Source of the DNA: an uncultured Elusimicrobia bacterium | Lineage (GTDB): Bacteria > Elusimicrobiota > Elusimicrobia > 2-01-FULL-59-12 | DNA: 64,000 bases | NCBI GenBank assembly: GCA_963702895.1 | Contig: OY969767.1 | Span: forward strand, 320,001 to 384,000 | Direction: 5' to 3' | Shown: piece after piece, positions 9,371-19,665 of the stretch | How positions within the stretch are numbered: position 1 is the first letter of the stretch | Layout: each line of letters begins with the position of its first letter | Translations under genes and position numbers: made by a program | The notes under the pieces: model-generated | Databases searched by the model: none | What the model was told of the DNA's origin: nothing | What the model saw: only the letters and a program-made list of their open reading frames with translations

Positions 9371-9667
9371 TTAGAATTTGTAGGCGATGGCGCCGACGAA
9401 GCGAATGCGACCGTCCTGGGTGTTGAAAATGGGCTGGAACTCCGTCTGACTGGGAGCGCTCAGCACTTCACCGCGCAGACCCCTCATCCAACGCAAGACT
9501 TTGGCGGGCGTGACGGTTTTATCGGCGCTGGCCTCCCAACGGAGATTTTGTTCGTAGGTTTCATCTCGCAGGAGCGGGACTCTGCTCCGCAAAGTTGGGG
9601 CTGCCCAAAGGGCTTGCGTTCCCGCAAGGACGATCATTGAGCTCAAGATGACGAGAATCCGTTTCAT
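9371..9667 (-). CDS. Small secreted hypothetical protein
   Basis: Signal peptide MKRILVILSSMIVLAGTQALWA, GGGGG SD-like site, C-terminal aromatic residue (YKF). Confidence 0.65.
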   Translation of the reverse strand: MKRILVILSSMIVLAGTQALWAAPTLRSRVPLLRDETYEQNLRWEASADKTVTPAKVLRWMRGLRGEVLSAPSQTEFQPIFNTQDGRIRFVGAIAYKF

Positions 9668-9830
9668 AGCCAGATCCCCCCTTCCAGTACCTCTCTATCC
9701 CCGCATCTTAAGCCATGTCAACACATCGATAACTCAACTCAATAATGCCTAAAACTGATATAGAAATAGAAGATCTATTCAGCGTGCTGTTAAATTCTTT
9801 TAAATGAGCGTTAACCGGAATTCCCCAGTT

Positions 9831-9915
9831 CGTCACCCCGGCGGATTGTTAGCCGGGGTCTATCATAGACGTAAGAGTAATGATGGATCCCGGCTGACGG
9901 CATGCCGGGATGACG
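9831..9915. repeat. Intergenic REP/RPE-like double palindrome
   Basis: CGTCACCCCGGC..GCCGGGGTCTATC..GATGGATCCCGGC..GCCGGGATGACG. Confidence 0.85.
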
Positions 9916-10016
9916 GCACAAACAGGTTGAACTCTGACGGACGATAGATTGAATGTGACTGAAGATTTCCGGTTGAGCGCACCTGGTGTCAGGAGTGGGG
10001 TGCTATACTTAAGCCG

Positions 10017-10553
10017 ATGATGCGCCGATGGACCTTACTAGGATGTCTGGTCGCAACCTGCTGGATGCTTCCGGGGCCGCCGAGAGGCCTGGCGTCGGGT
10101 GCGAACGTGAAGGTTTATTCCGTCGCCAAGAAAGGAATCATTACCGTGGAAAAAGTGGTCAAGTCTGACGCGCAGTGGAAAAACATCTTAACGCCTGAAC
10201 AATACGAAATCACCCGCAAGAAAGGGACCGAGCGCTCCTGTTCCGGTGCCTTTTGGAAGCATCATCAGGAGGGCGTATACCGGTGTGTGTGCTGCGGCAA
10301 CGACCTGTTCCAATCGAAGAAGAAATTTGACTCCAGCACAGGCTGGCCCAGCTTCTTTGATCCCGTGGCGCCGCAAAATATCCATACGGAACTGGACAAC
10401 AGTTTTGGGATGCGGCGGACCGAGGTCTTGTGCGCCCGCTGTGACGCCCATCTCGGCCACGTCTTTGAGGATGGCCCCAAGCCCACGGGACTTCGCTACT
10501 GCATCAATTCCGCAGCGCTTGTTTTTGTTTCGGCTGACAAGATTGGAAAGTGA
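10017..10553 (+). CDS. msrB: Peptide-methionine (R)-S-oxide reductase with signal peptide
   Basis: [25 protein letters not shown] and RYCINS motifs. Confidence 0.96.
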   Translation: MMRRWTLLGCLVATCWMLPGPPRGLASGANVKVYSVAKKGIITVEKVVKSDAQWKNILTPEQYEITRKKGTERSCSGAFWKHHQEGVYRCVCCGNDLFQSKKKFDSSTGWPSFFDPVAPQNIHTELDNSFGMRRTEVLCARCDAHLGHVFEDGPKPTGLRYCINSAALVFVSADKIGK

Positions 10554-10600
10554 GCTTGGTGAGGCTGTCTCACGGAGAGCTGGGGCGATGGGTGGTCTGG

Positions 10601-11014
10601 CTATTTCGGCGGAGCGGCGTCTGATATCGCGGAGACCTTCGTAACGAAGTATCTGGTTTCACCGAAGCAGTTGGTGGGGATGCCGGGGTGATGTTCGTAG
10701 GTGAGCGAAAGGCGCTGTCCCGCGCGCTGCATGAGTTCTTGGGCGATCTTCTCATCACGGACGCTGAAGTGAAAGATTTCGGGCATGGCGCCGGGTAAAT
10801 TGACCATCGCCAGCTCCCCTTCCCAGGTTTTACAGAGCCAGCCCTTCTTGGAAATCTTCTGGAGATAGCCTGCCCGCTCACCCATCGAGTAAACATAGTG
10901 AAGGGTTCCCCAGGTCCAAACCACAAGCCCGAGCACCCCCAGCGCCACGAGCGAGAGCGCCCCTTTCTTGATTTTACGGAGGATATTCTGTGCGGGAGTT
11001 ATTTCTTGTTCCAC
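10601..11014 (-). CDS. Conserved membrane-anchored hypothetical protein (start uncertain)
   Basis: Single TM segment followed by YSMGERAGYLQKISKKGWLCKTWEGEL. Confidence 0.75.
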   Translation of the reverse strand: MEQEITPAQNILRKIKKGALSLVALGVLGLVVWTWGTLHYVYSMGERAGYLQKISKKGWLCKTWEGELAMVNLPGAMPEIFHFSVRDEKIAQELMQRAGQRLSLTYEHHPGIPTNCFGETRYFVTKVSAISDAAPPK

Positions 11015-11218
11015 GGGCTCGTTATAGCGTTTTTGCTGCCTGTTTGACAAGCGTCCGAATCAAATCGTCCAAAATGTTGCCGAAGACCCCAAAAGGGTCC
11101 CAGAAGGCCTAGGTAAATGCGAAATGTACGAGTTTTTCAGGAATTTCTCTAAAAATCAGATAATTTTGGTTTTTATTGGGACCTAACTAAGATAAAATAG
11201 CCGTAGGAGATACAAGCT

Positions 11219-13165
11219 ATGAAAAAAGTCCTTTTAACGAGCATTTGCCGGCCTATCGGCGAGAAGTATGGTGACGCGCCCAGTGTAGGCTATGAGCTGC
11301 TCTATGGTCAGGTGACGCGCGCCCAGGGCCTTTTCAGCCCGCGTGCCAACCATATCCATTTTTCTCTTGAATACATAGGGGAAAACCTGGATTCCCCGGT
11401 CACCATCCTCCAATATCCCAGCCGCCGGGAGCTCATCCGGGAGCTCCGTCAAGGCTATGACGTGATCGGCGTCTCGTTCATTCTGGCCACCTTTCATCGC
11501 ATGAAGGAAGTCGTGGCCCTGATCCGCGAACACGCGCCGGAAGCCAAGATCGTCCTGGGAGGCTACGGGACTGTGCTCTCCGATGAGGTGCTGGCTCCCT
11601 ATGGCGACGCCTTCTGCCGCGAAGAAGGGGTGGAGTTTATGCGGCGATACCTGGGGGAACCGCCGCTTCCCATGCCTTACCGCCATCCGCTCGTGGTGAG
11701 CCGTTTACGCATCTTTGGTCAGGAGATATCGCGTACGGGGATGGTCTTTGCCGGGCTCGGTTGCCCGAACGGCTGCGACTTCTGCTGCACCTCCTATTTT
11801 TTCAAGCGCAAGCACATCAAGCTTCTGCCCACAGGCCGCGACATCTACAACACGATCGAGCGCTACCTGGACATGGAACCGGAGATGTCGATTGTCGTGA
11901 TCGACGAGGACTTCCTGCTGAACAAGAAACGGGCGATGGAATTCCGCGACTGCGTCATGGCCGGCGGGCGGGCGCTTTCCGTTTTCGTTTTTTCCAGCAT
12001 CCGCGCCATCAGCCAATACACCGTGACCGAAATCCTGGAAATGGGCATCGATGGGTTCTGGATCGGCTATGAAGGGACCCGCTCGGGCTATGCGAAACAG
12101 TCCGGCCGGTCCACCGAGGAGATCTTCCGCGAATTTCGCGAGCACGGGATCTCGATTCTGGCCTCCATGATCGTGGGCTTTCCTTACCAGACGCCCGAAA
12201 TCATCCGGGAAGAGCGCGCGGGTCTTTTCGCGCTCAAGCCCACGCTGGGCCAATTTCTCATCTATGGCCCCACGCCTGGAACCCCGTTTTATGAACGCAT
12301 CGTGGAACAGAACCTCCTGCACAAGGATCTCGTGGATGACCGCGAGCGCTACTACCACTCCTGTACGGGCTTCCGCGCGATGGTGCAGCACCCGAGCATG
12401 AGCCCGGCGCAGATTGAAGACCTCCAGAGCGAGTGTTTTGAAGAGGATTTCCGCCGCCTGGGGCCCTCGATGTACCGCTCGATCGAAACTTGGATTCTGG
12501 GCTATACCAAGCTCAAGGAGAGCCCTCTGCCCGCCCTGCAGAGGAAAGCCAAGCGTTTTGCCTTTGAAATCCGCCGCGCTTACCCGGTGTTTCTGGCCGG
12601 GCGCGTACTGGGCCCGACCGCGGAGGTACGGTCCTGGATCGGCGAGCTGGAGAAACGGGCGTACCAGACGCTGGGCAATCCGTCCTGGGTAGAGCGCATC
12701 AAGTCCGTCGCGGCGCTGGGTCTTGCCGCGTTCAACGGTCTTGCGCTCAAGCTTGGCCTGTTTCAGCACCCCTCTTTACTCCGCCATACGTTTCGTATGC
12801 CGGAGGAATCCGTTCCCGCGAAACTTTGGCGAAGGCTTCGCCGCGAAGACCCGGAAGGCCATGCCGTGCATGTGGAACTGCGCCCAGAGTCCACGGTCTG
12901 GGTTCGTATTGAAGGGTATCTCGCTCAGTCTGGCGCGGATCGACTCGCAGACCAGCTTCGTAAAGCCCTGGCCCAGCGCCGGGAGCTGCTCGTTCTGGAC
13001 CTTCACCGCCTGAAAGCCTCCGAAGAGCAAGCCTTGTCGCGCCTGGCTGCCACGCTCTCCGAGTACGGTGAGCGTATTCGCGTGGTCTTGCCAGACACGT
13101 ATCAATTTTCAGCCTTTTCCTCTTTGAGTGGATTCCGGCCCACCTGCCTGAGCCTGTCGGAATAG
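11219..13165 (+). CDS. B12-binding radical SAM protein with C-terminal STAS-like domain
   Basis: CPNGCDFC motif, IVLGGYG cobalamin-domain motif, PTPGTP, AGGAG SD. Confidence 0.88.
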   Translation: MKKVLLTSICRPIGEKYGDAPSVGYELLYGQVTRAQGLFSPRANHIHFSLEYIGENLDSPVTILQYPSRRELIRELRQGYDVIGVSFILATFHRMKEVVALIREHAPEAKIVLGGYGTVLSDEVLAPYGDAFCREEGVEFMRRYLGEPPLPMPYRHPLVVSRLRIFGQEISRTGMVFAGLGCPNGCDFCCTSYFFKRKHIKLLPTGRDIYNTIERYLDMEPEMSIVVIDEDFLLNKKRAMEFRDCVMAGGRALSVFVFSSIRAISQYTVTEILEMGIDGFWIGYEGTRSGYAKQSGRSTEEIFREFREHGISILASMIVGFPYQTPEIIREERAGLFALKPTLGQFLIYGPTPGTPFYERIVEQNLLHKDLVDDRERYYHSCTGFRAMVQHPSMSPAQIEDLQSECFEEDFRRLGPSMYRSIETWILGYTKLKESPLPALQRKAKRFAFEIRRAYPVFLAGRVLGPTAEVRSWIGELEKRAYQTLGNPSWVERIKSVAALGLAAFNGLALKLGLFQHPSLLRHTFRMPEESVPAKLWRRLRREDPEGHAVHVELRPESTVWVRIEGYLAQSGADRLADQLRKALAQRRELLVLDLHRLKASEEQALSRLAATLSEYGERIRVVLPDTYQFSAFSSLSGFRPTCLSLSE

Positions 13166-13232
13166 CAAGCGTCCGAACACCTGCGTCCCCAACGGCGAAA
13201 GCGATGGACTCTAGGACGAAAGAGTTTTGATT

Positions 13233-14357
13233 TTAGAAGGGACGTCTTCCGCTTAAGAGGTTCAGAATATCGTCGGGGTTCTGGCTGTCCTGCGGATAAG
13301 ACACCAAATGCACTTTGAGGACGAGAGGAATTTGAGTCAAGTTGGCGAGGCTCGCGTCCTGGACTTTTTGCTCCAGGCGCAAGAGGACGCTTTTGGCCTC
13401 CGGCAGCGAAGTTGAAAAGACCGCAATCCAGAGCGCTCCCCCGCGCTGAATCACGAAATCAGAATCGTCTCGGAGCGAGGCTTTCAGTTGGGCCTCAAAA
13501 TAATTCAAGAGAGTATTCGACGCATCTCTTCCTAAGGCCGCGCGCAGGTCCCGCCAGTTTTGGATGCGGATCTCTGCGATGGAAAGCGCTTTGGCCGTTT
13601 CATCGGCCTTCTTCATCAGGCGCAACGCTTCCCGGCGAAAAATCTCCTCCGGGCTCATGCGCGGCAGCGTGATCAAAAAACAGGCGCCCCCCTGAGGCAT
13701 ATTTTCAACGCGGATCGATCCCCCGTGAAGCAAGATCAGTCGCCTGCAGAGGGCGAGCCCGAGCCCTGCGCCATCGTCCTCAGGGCGGCTGGGCGTTTGA
13801 AAACGTTTAAATTGCCCAAACACTTCCGGGAGGTCCTTTTTCTGAAACCCTGGCCCGGTGTCCGCCACCCAGAGTGTCACCACATCGCTTTCTTCGCGGG
13901 CGCCCAAGGTGATCTGGCCGGTGGGGGTGAATTTCACAGCGTTATGAACGAGGTTGGTGAGGACTTGGACAATTTTATCGCGATCCACAAATCCTTCCAT
14001 CCGGGTGTGAGGCATGTCCAGCTCAATGGAAAGTCCCCGTTCAGCGGCCAACGGTTCAAAGGATTTTGCGATGTCCTTCAAGAGCATCGTCCATTCAACG
14101 CGCTGGGCGTGAAGGTCCAGACGTCCCGCTTCCGACTTGTTGACCTCGAGCAGCTGGTTCACAATTCGGATCATGCGCTCGATGTTGTTTAAGGTCGCCT
14201 TGAGCAGCTCCTTTTGCTCCGCTGCGACTTCGCCCAACATGCCCTCGGCGATCAACTTGACGGAGGCTTTGATCACGGTCAAAGGGGCCCGGAGCTCATG
14301 CGACACCGTCAAGAGAAGTTCTGTTCCCGCTGCCTCGGATGAAAGCGTATCGCTCAT
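13233..14357 (-). CDS. Cytoplasmic histidine kinase with degenerate GGDEF-like C-terminus
   Basis: VSHELRAPL, NLVHNAVKF, DTGPG and GAGLGL motifs; no N-terminal sensor domain. Confidence 0.85.
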   Translation of the reverse strand: MSDTLSSEAAGTELLLTVSHELRAPLTVIKASVKLIAEGMLGEVAAEQKELLKATLNNIERMIRIVNQLLEVNKSEAGRLDLHAQRVEWTMLLKDIAKSFEPLAAERGLSIELDMPHTRMEGFVDRDKIVQVLTNLVHNAVKFTPTGQITLGAREESDVVTLWVADTGPGFQKKDLPEVFGQFKRFQTPSRPEDDGAGLGLALCRRLILLHGGSIRVENMPQGGACFLITLPRMSPEEIFRREALRLMKKADETAKALSIAEIRIQNWRDLRAALGRDASNTLLNYFEAQLKASLRDDSDFVIQRGGALWIAVFSTSLPEAKSVLLRLEQKVQDASLANLTQIPLVLKVHLVSYPQDSQNPDDILNLLSGRRPF

Positions 14358-14527
14358 TTCACTCTCCAGCATAGGACACCTATGTAACGTGCGGGTAAAT
14401 ACTCTGTTACGGGGATGTAACTTGTTGAATGCCGTCCATGGCCAACGGCGACTTCTCGGAAGAGGGATTCCCTTGGGCGAGGAAGACCCGAGCAAACAGG
14501 ACGTTCCCCGGTTATACTTGAGTCCTG

Positions 14528-15241
14528 ATGATTTCCATCATTGTTCCTGCTCATAACGAGGCTTTTGAGATTGGGCATACGCTGACTTCGATTCTGGACG
14601 CGGCCAAGGCGCTGGGGCGGCCCTTCGAGGTGATTGTGGTCAATGACGCTTCCACGGACGCGACGGCTCAGGTGGCGCAAGAGGCGGGCGTCCGCGTGCT
14701 TGAGGTGGGCATAAGGAAAATCTCCGCGGTCCGCAATGCGGGCGCCCGGGCGGCCCAAGGGGAAATTCTGTTCTTTGTGGACGCCGATACACGGATTTCC
14801 GAAGGGGTCCTGCGCGGCGCGCTGCTGGCCCTGGAGCGCGGGGCTGTGGGTGGAGGCGCCTGGGTGAATTTCTCCGAGCCCATGGGCTGGGTCATTTGTC
14901 TTGGGATCCGTCTCTTTACGCTGGTCTACATGCGTCTCTTGGGTTGGGCGGCCGGCTGTTTTGTCTTTTCCCGGAAAGACGCTTTTTGGAGGGTGGGTGG
15001 TTTTGACGAGACACTCTACGCTTCCGAAGAAATCGCGCTTTCCCGCGCGCTCAAGAAACAGGGGCGCTTCGTTCTCGTTCATGCGCCCGTCATGACCTCT
15101 GGGCGCAAGATGCGCATGTACTCGCCCTTGATGATCTTTCCGCTCATCTGGAACTTGTTGCGCTACGGTCCTGCTTTCTTGCGGCAGCGCCGGGGCCTCC
15201 AATGGTGGTATGAAGGCAAGCGGGAAAAAACCCGTTCATAA
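14528..15241 (+). CDS. Glycosyltransferase family 2
   Basis: SIIVPAHNE, NDASTD, RNAGA, FVDAD and GGFDE motifs. Confidence 0.92.
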   Translation: MISIIVPAHNEAFEIGHTLTSILDAAKALGRPFEVIVVNDASTDATAQVAQEAGVRVLEVGIRKISAVRNAGARAAQGEILFFVDADTRISEGVLRGALLALERGAVGGGAWVNFSEPMGWVICLGIRLFTLVYMRLLGWAAGCFVFSRKDAFWRVGGFDETLYASEEIALSRALKKQGRFVLVHAPVMTSGRKMRMYSPLMIFPLIWNLLRYGPAFLRQRRGLQWWYEGKREKTRS

Positions 15242-15278
15242 ATGGATTTTGGAAAGAGGGCGGATCAAAACCGACCTG

Positions 15279-15521
15279 CTATTCGACGTCGAACGACACG
15301 ACTTCGACGCGGGAGGCGGGGAAAAAGGTGAGCGTAAGCGGCGCCCCTTCGAGCATCGTTCCTTTGGCCAGGAGCTTGAAGGTTTCCCGGAAGGATTCTT
15401 CGGAGACGCCTAGGTAAAAGCCGATTTTGAGCTGCAGCCGCGTCACGCGCCGGGCGCCTTCCTTCTTCGCGTGCGCCTCGATGCCGCGGATCACCGGCTC
15501 GATCAGGTGCGTTTCATGCAC
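15279..15521 (-). CDS. hypA: Hydrogenase nickel metallochaperone HypA-like, short form without zinc finger
   Basis: N-terminal MHE, VTRLQLKIG and GTMLEGA motifs; no CxxC; last gene of the hydrogenase operon. Confidence 0.8.
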   Translation of the reverse strand: MHETHLIEPVIRGIEAHAKKEGARRVTRLQLKIGFYLGVSEESFRETFKLLAKGTMLEGAPLTLTFFPASRVEVVSFDVE

Positions 15522-16014
15522 GGCAGGCCTCCTCGAGCGCCGCGGTGAGTTCTTCGAGCCGGCGCTGGAGGGGTTCAGAGAGCGGAGCGCCTAAGGTAAG
15601 ATCGTGGGGCTGGATTCCCAGCATATACATCTTCGCCGAGGTGCGCTCCCGCAGGTGCTCGGTGAAGACGCGGGGCGAAAGATCATGCGTCGAAAGCCCG
15701 CCCGCGGCGATCTCGTCGGCACCCATGAGTGCACAATCCCCAGCCTTCCCGCCCAGGTGCATCGCGTCGACGAGGACGAGGGTGTCGGGCTTTTCCCGCG
15801 CGATCCGGCCGATGAAGTTTTCCGGCGTGGTCCCGGCGTCCACGCAAACGGCGGAAATCCGGCCGTTCAATCGCTCCACCAGGAGCGAGCCAAAGCCGTC
15901 ATCCCCCCGCAGGCGGTTTCCCAGGCCGACGAGCACGCATGTCCCGGAAGCGAGCAGCGTCCGGAGAGCTTCGAGAGGAAGGCCGTTCCCTGTCTGAGGG
16001 GGTCCAGGGTCCAT
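15514..16014 (-). CDS. hycI: Hydrogenase maturation endopeptidase (HycI-like)
   Basis: GLGNRLRGDDGFG, PEN, LVDA, STH and GIQP motifs. Confidence 0.88.
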   Translation of the reverse strand: MDPGPPQTGNGLPLEALRTLLASGTCVLVGLGNRLRGDDGFGSLLVERLNGRISAVCVDAGTTPENFIGRIAREKPDTLVLVDAMHLGGKAGDCALMGADEIAAGGLSTHDLSPRVFTEHLRERTSAKMYMLGIQPHDLTLGAPLSEPLQRRLEELTAALEEACRA

Positions 16015-16025
16015 GGTTGGCCGCG

Positions 16026-16631
16026 TCAGGACTGCGTGGTGGCGTAGCGGCAGGGCGCGCAGAGGATCTTCATGCGATCGGCGCGGTTCTGGTCGTTGGA
16101 GGCGGAGACTAAATTTGAATCGATGAGTCCCAGCCTCTGCAGGCTGCTTTGGTAGAGCGTGGGACTGGAGAAGGCGAGCTCGCCCTCCTTTTCGGCGATC
16201 CATTGGAGATGGTCCTTGCAGGCGAAGGCTTCCCCGCACCGCTCGCAGTGCTGCAGCTCTTTCTCGATGGTTTCAAACGATTCCGTGCGGCGGTCGAAGA
16301 ACGAAAGCTCCCAGTCGGTCGTGGTGTGGATGCCCTGGTGGTCGGTAATGCAGGCCGCAACGCACTGGCCGCAGAAGATGCAGGTGTCGGTGTAGTGGAT
16401 CATCCGGCGCACGGAACGGTCCTCCCCCAGCCGGTCCTCGTGGGCGATCGCGCCCACCGGGCAGACCTCCTCGCAGGCGAGGCACCCGACGCACTTGGTT
16501 TCGTCAAAACGCGGCTGGCCCCGGGAGTTTGGGTGCGGCTGGAAGGGCTCCTCTGGAAACGGCGACGTGTAGGGGCCCTTCACGAGCGCCCTCACCGCCT
16601 CCTTCAATTCTCTGAGCTTGGGCCACTTCAT
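16026..16631 (-). CDS. 4Fe-4S subunit (NuoI/HycF-like)
   Basis: CVGCLACEEVCP and CIFCGQCVAAC motifs; ATGA coupling to the upstream gene. Confidence 0.88.
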   Translation of the reverse strand: MKWPKLRELKEAVRALVKGPYTSPFPEEPFQPHPNSRGQPRFDETKCVGCLACEEVCPVGAIAHEDRLGEDRSVRRMIHYTDTCIFCGQCVAACITDHQGIHTTTDWELSFFDRRTESFETIEKELQHCERCGEAFACKDHLQWIAEKEGELAFSSPTLYQSSLQRLGLIDSNLVSASNDQNRADRMKILCAPCRYATTQS

Positions 16632-16957
16632 TTTCGCGGATGATCCTCCTCGTAGTCGTCTTTGACCGTGCCCTTCCAGAGCGGGATCCCCGCCCGATGC
16701 GCGCTGCGGGCGATCGCGTGGGCCGCGACCGGGTTGGTGAGGACGATAAAGAGCATGCAGAGCAGCGCCTTCAAGCCGCCCGCCGGCCCCACCACGAGAA
16801 ACGTCCCGAAAAGGATGCTGCAGGTGCCCAGCGTCACGCACTTGGTCGCCGTCTGGAGGCGCAGGTAGAGGTCCGGCATGCGGATGAGGCCAATGCAGCC
16901 GAACAGGTCGAACGCCAGGCCCACGCCGACCAGGATAAATCCTAAGGTCTCACTCAT
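16628..16957 (-). CDS. mnhG: Mrp/Mnh antiporter subunit G-like
   Basis: GLIRMPDLYLRLQTATK and TNPVAAHAIAR motifs. Confidence 0.88.
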   Translation of the reverse strand: MSETLGFILVGVGLAFDLFGCIGLIRMPDLYLRLQTATKCVTLGTCSILFGTFLVVGPAGGLKALLCMLFIVLTNPVAAHAIARSAHRAGIPLWKGTVKDDYEEDHPRK

Positions 16958-17321
16958 CGAAGTCCTTTCCTTCCAGGTACTTGCACAGGACCAGCACCGT
17001 GATGAAGCTCTGCAGGGCCCAGGCGATCCCCACGTCAATGTACCAGGTGCGTCCGGTGGAGATGGTCAGGATCGCGCAAAGCCCCGTGATCATCACGCCC
17101 AGAAGATCGACGGCCACCAGGCGGTCCGCCCCCGTCGGGCCCCGCAGAATCCGGAAGAGGCACAGGAAGCAGGCCAGGAGGAGAATGTAGAGCGCTCGCC
17201 CAACGAAGGGAAGGTGCGGCAGCTCTTGGTAGAACAGGAACGGGAACGGCCGGAGAAGAATCAGGGCAATAATGCTCCCCAGCACGAGAGCCCCCAACAG
17301 CCAGCGCCAGAACCTCATCAT
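16950..17321 (-). CDS. mnhF: Mrp/Mnh antiporter subunit F-like
   Basis: RILRGPTGADRLVAVD motif. Confidence 0.85.
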   Translation of the reverse strand: MMRFWRWLLGALVLGSIIALILLRPFPFLFYQELPHLPFVGRALYILLLACFLCLFRILRGPTGADRLVAVDLLGVMITGLCAILTISTGRTWYIDVGIAWALQSFITVLVLCKYLEGKDFDE

Positions 17322-17821
17322 TCGAAGATCCTCTTGAGCATCCGCTCGAAACGGTGCACCACCCGCTGGATCGCCTGCCCGCCGTCCGCCTCGGAGATGT
17401 ACATGCAATGGACATAAATCAGGCCGCGGTCGGGATCGATATCCATGGTCGTGGTCCCCGGCATGAGGGACACGGAGTTGGCGAGGATCGTCAACCCCAT
17501 GTCCGACTTGAGCTCCGACTTCATTCGCAAGATCGCCGGACGGATCGGCAGTTTCGGATGCAGGACCCGGTAAGCGACATCGAGATTGGCCTTGAAATGC
17601 TCCCACCAGAAATAGGGGAAATAGACGAAGCAGAACATCATGAGCCGCGAGGGCTGCGTGAGGATCCGCGTGGGCTCGCCCACCGGGAGGAATTCCGTCA
17701 TCACCGCCACGAGGAGCGCGACCGAGACGCCCAGGATCAGGGCCTGCACGTTCGGGACCCAGTTCATCAGGATCCAGATGATGTAGCAGCTGATGAAGAG
17801 GATGACGCGACGGCTCGACAT
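17318..17821 (-). CDS. mnhE: Mrp/Mnh antiporter subunit E-like
   Basis: ANLDVAYRVLHP and LANSVSLMPGT motifs. Confidence 0.88.
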   Translation of the reverse strand: MSSRRVILFISCYIIWILMNWVPNVQALILGVSVALLVAVMTEFLPVGEPTRILTQPSRLMMFCFVYFPYFWWEHFKANLDVAYRVLHPKLPIRPAILRMKSELKSDMGLTILANSVSLMPGTTTMDIDPDRGLIYVHCMYISEADGGQAIQRVVHRFERMLKRIFE

Positions 17822-17824
17822 GGG

Positions 17825-19321
17825 TTAGAGACCTCCCAGCATGGCGGCATAGGCCGTTCCATGCAGCAGGACGGCGCTCGCCTGCTCGAGAAACGCTTCC
17901 TTGAGGCCCGGCATCAGGAACAGGCCTCCCACGGCGCAGAGTGTGGCCAGGATCAGCGTCGCGCAGCGCATCGCCAGCGGAACCTCCTGGACGGAGCGCA
18001 GACTTTCCGGCAGCGCGCCGAAATAAACGCATTTCATCGCCCGCGCGAGGTAAGCAAGCGTCACCACGCCCGCCGCGACGGCCACCGCGGCATAACCGAA
18101 GTGGCCCGCCTCAACGGCGGCGATGATGACCAAGAGCTTGCTCCAGAACCCGAGGAAGGGGGGAATCCCGGCGATGGACATCGCCCCAATGAGGCCGGTG
18201 GCCGCGGTGACCGGCATCGGCTGTGCAAGGCCGCCCAGCTTGCGCAGGTCCCGCGTTCCCGTGGCGTAATCGACGGCGCCAGCGTTCAGGAAGAGCAGCG
18301 CCTTTCCCAGCGAATGGTTCAGGAGGTGCAGGACGCCGCCCAGAACGCCGAGCGGCGTCCCCAGCGCGATGCCGAAAACGATGTAGCCGATCTGGCTGAG
18401 CGACGAAAAGGCCAGAAGCCGCTTGTAGTCCCACTGGCCGATCGCGGAGAACGCGCCCACCACCATCGACAGGGCCCCCAGGAACAAGAGCGCCGATCGC
18501 ACCCCCGGAGAAACGCCCAGGACGCAGTAGAGCACCCGGAAGAGCGCGTAGATCCCGAGGACTTTCAGGATCAGGCCGGAGAGCATCGCCGAAATAGGCG
18601 CGGGGGCGGAAGGGTGCGCGTCCGGCAACCAGGCGTGAAAGGGCGCCACCGCCGCTTTTAGCCCGAACCCCGCGATGAACAGGACGGTGACGAGCGTCAC
18701 GACAGGCCCGCCGCCTTTGACTGCCAGGACCGCCGCGACGTCCGCCATGTTGAGCGTGGACACGTGGGCGTAGAGGAAGGCGATGCCCAGGAGAATGAAC
18801 ATTGCTCCGAGGGTGTTCGTCACGCCGTATTTGAACGCCGCCTCGATCTCCTGCCGCTCTGTGCCAAAAGCCACGAGCGCGCAGGCGGCCAGGGACGCGG
18901 CTTCCAGGAAGACGAAGATGTTGAAGATGTCGCCCGTGACCAGGACCCCGTTGATCCCGGCAAGAATCACCAGAAACAGGCTGTAAAACCGCCAGGGCGA
19001 GGTGAAGCGCCGCATATAGGCCGTCGCGTACAGGGCGACCACGGCCGAGACCAGATGGACGATCACCAGCATAAAGGCGGTGAGGCCGTCTTCAATCAGG
19101 AGGATCCCCGCGGGCGGTTTCCAGCCGCCGGGAATGTGATAAAGGATGCCCTGGACCCGGGTCGCCTGGAGGGAAAAGAGCGACAGCGCGAGAAGCCCGG
19201 CCGGCATAAGAACCCCGAGGACTTCCGGGAAATTCCGGACGCGCCGCCCCATCATCGCGATGAGGAAGGCGCCGGTGAGCGGCACGGCCACAAAGAGCGG
19301 GATGAGGTTCGAATCCATCAT
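17825..19321 (-). CDS. MrpD/MbhH-like proton-translocating subunit
   Basis: DIFNIFVFLE, PFHAWLPDAHPSAP, KRLLAFSS and GIPPFLGFWSK motifs. Confidence 0.9.
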   Translation of the reverse strand: MMDSNLIPLFVAVPLTGAFLIAMMGRRVRNFPEVLGVLMPAGLLALSLFSLQATRVQGILYHIPGGWKPPAGILLIEDGLTAFMLVIVHLVSAVVALYATAYMRRFTSPWRFYSLFLVILAGINGVLVTGDIFNIFVFLEAASLAACALVAFGTERQEIEAAFKYGVTNTLGAMFILLGIAFLYAHVSTLNMADVAAVLAVKGGGPVVTLVTVLFIAGFGLKAAVAPFHAWLPDAHPSAPAPISAMLSGLILKVLGIYALFRVLYCVLGVSPGVRSALLFLGALSMVVGAFSAIGQWDYKRLLAFSSLSQIGYIVFGIALGTPLGVLGGVLHLLNHSLGKALLFLNAGAVDYATGTRDLRKLGGLAQPMPVTAATGLIGAMSIAGIPPFLGFWSKLLVIIAAVEAGHFGYAAVAVAAGVVTLAYLARAMKCVYFGALPESLRSVQEVPLAMRCATLILATLCAVGGLFLMPGLKEAFLEQASAVLLHGTAYAAMLGGL

Positions 19322-19665
19322 CCGCGCAAGTCCTTGATCTGCGTGATATCGAAGGTGCCGTACTTCTCGTAGAGGCGGATGGCCAGCGCCACAAGCAGGA
19401 GCGTCGTCGCCATGCCGATCACGATCGTGGTCAGCACCATCGCCTGCGGCAGCGGGTCGACGAGCGGCACCGGCGACGGCGAGGCCTGGATGGCGCGGTC
19501 CAGAACGGGCGCCCGGCCGTTCATCCGGTAGCCCACCACGATGAACAGGAGGTTCGCGGCGTATTCGCAGATGATGAGGCCCGTGATGATCTTAATGACG
19601 TTGCGCTTGCGCAGCGTGCCGTAGAGGCCAAGGCAGAAAAGGACCAGGCAGAGCAGGTAAATCAC
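19318..19665 (-). CDS. mnhC: Mrp/Mnh antiporter subunit C-like
   Basis: DPLPQAMVLTTIVIG motif. Confidence 0.88.
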   Translation of the reverse strand: MIYLLCLVLFCLGLYGTLRKRNVIKIITGLIICEYAANLLFIVVGYRMNGRAPVLDRAIQASPSPVPLVDPLPQAMVLTTIVIGMATTLLLVALAIRLYEKYGTFDITQIKDLRG

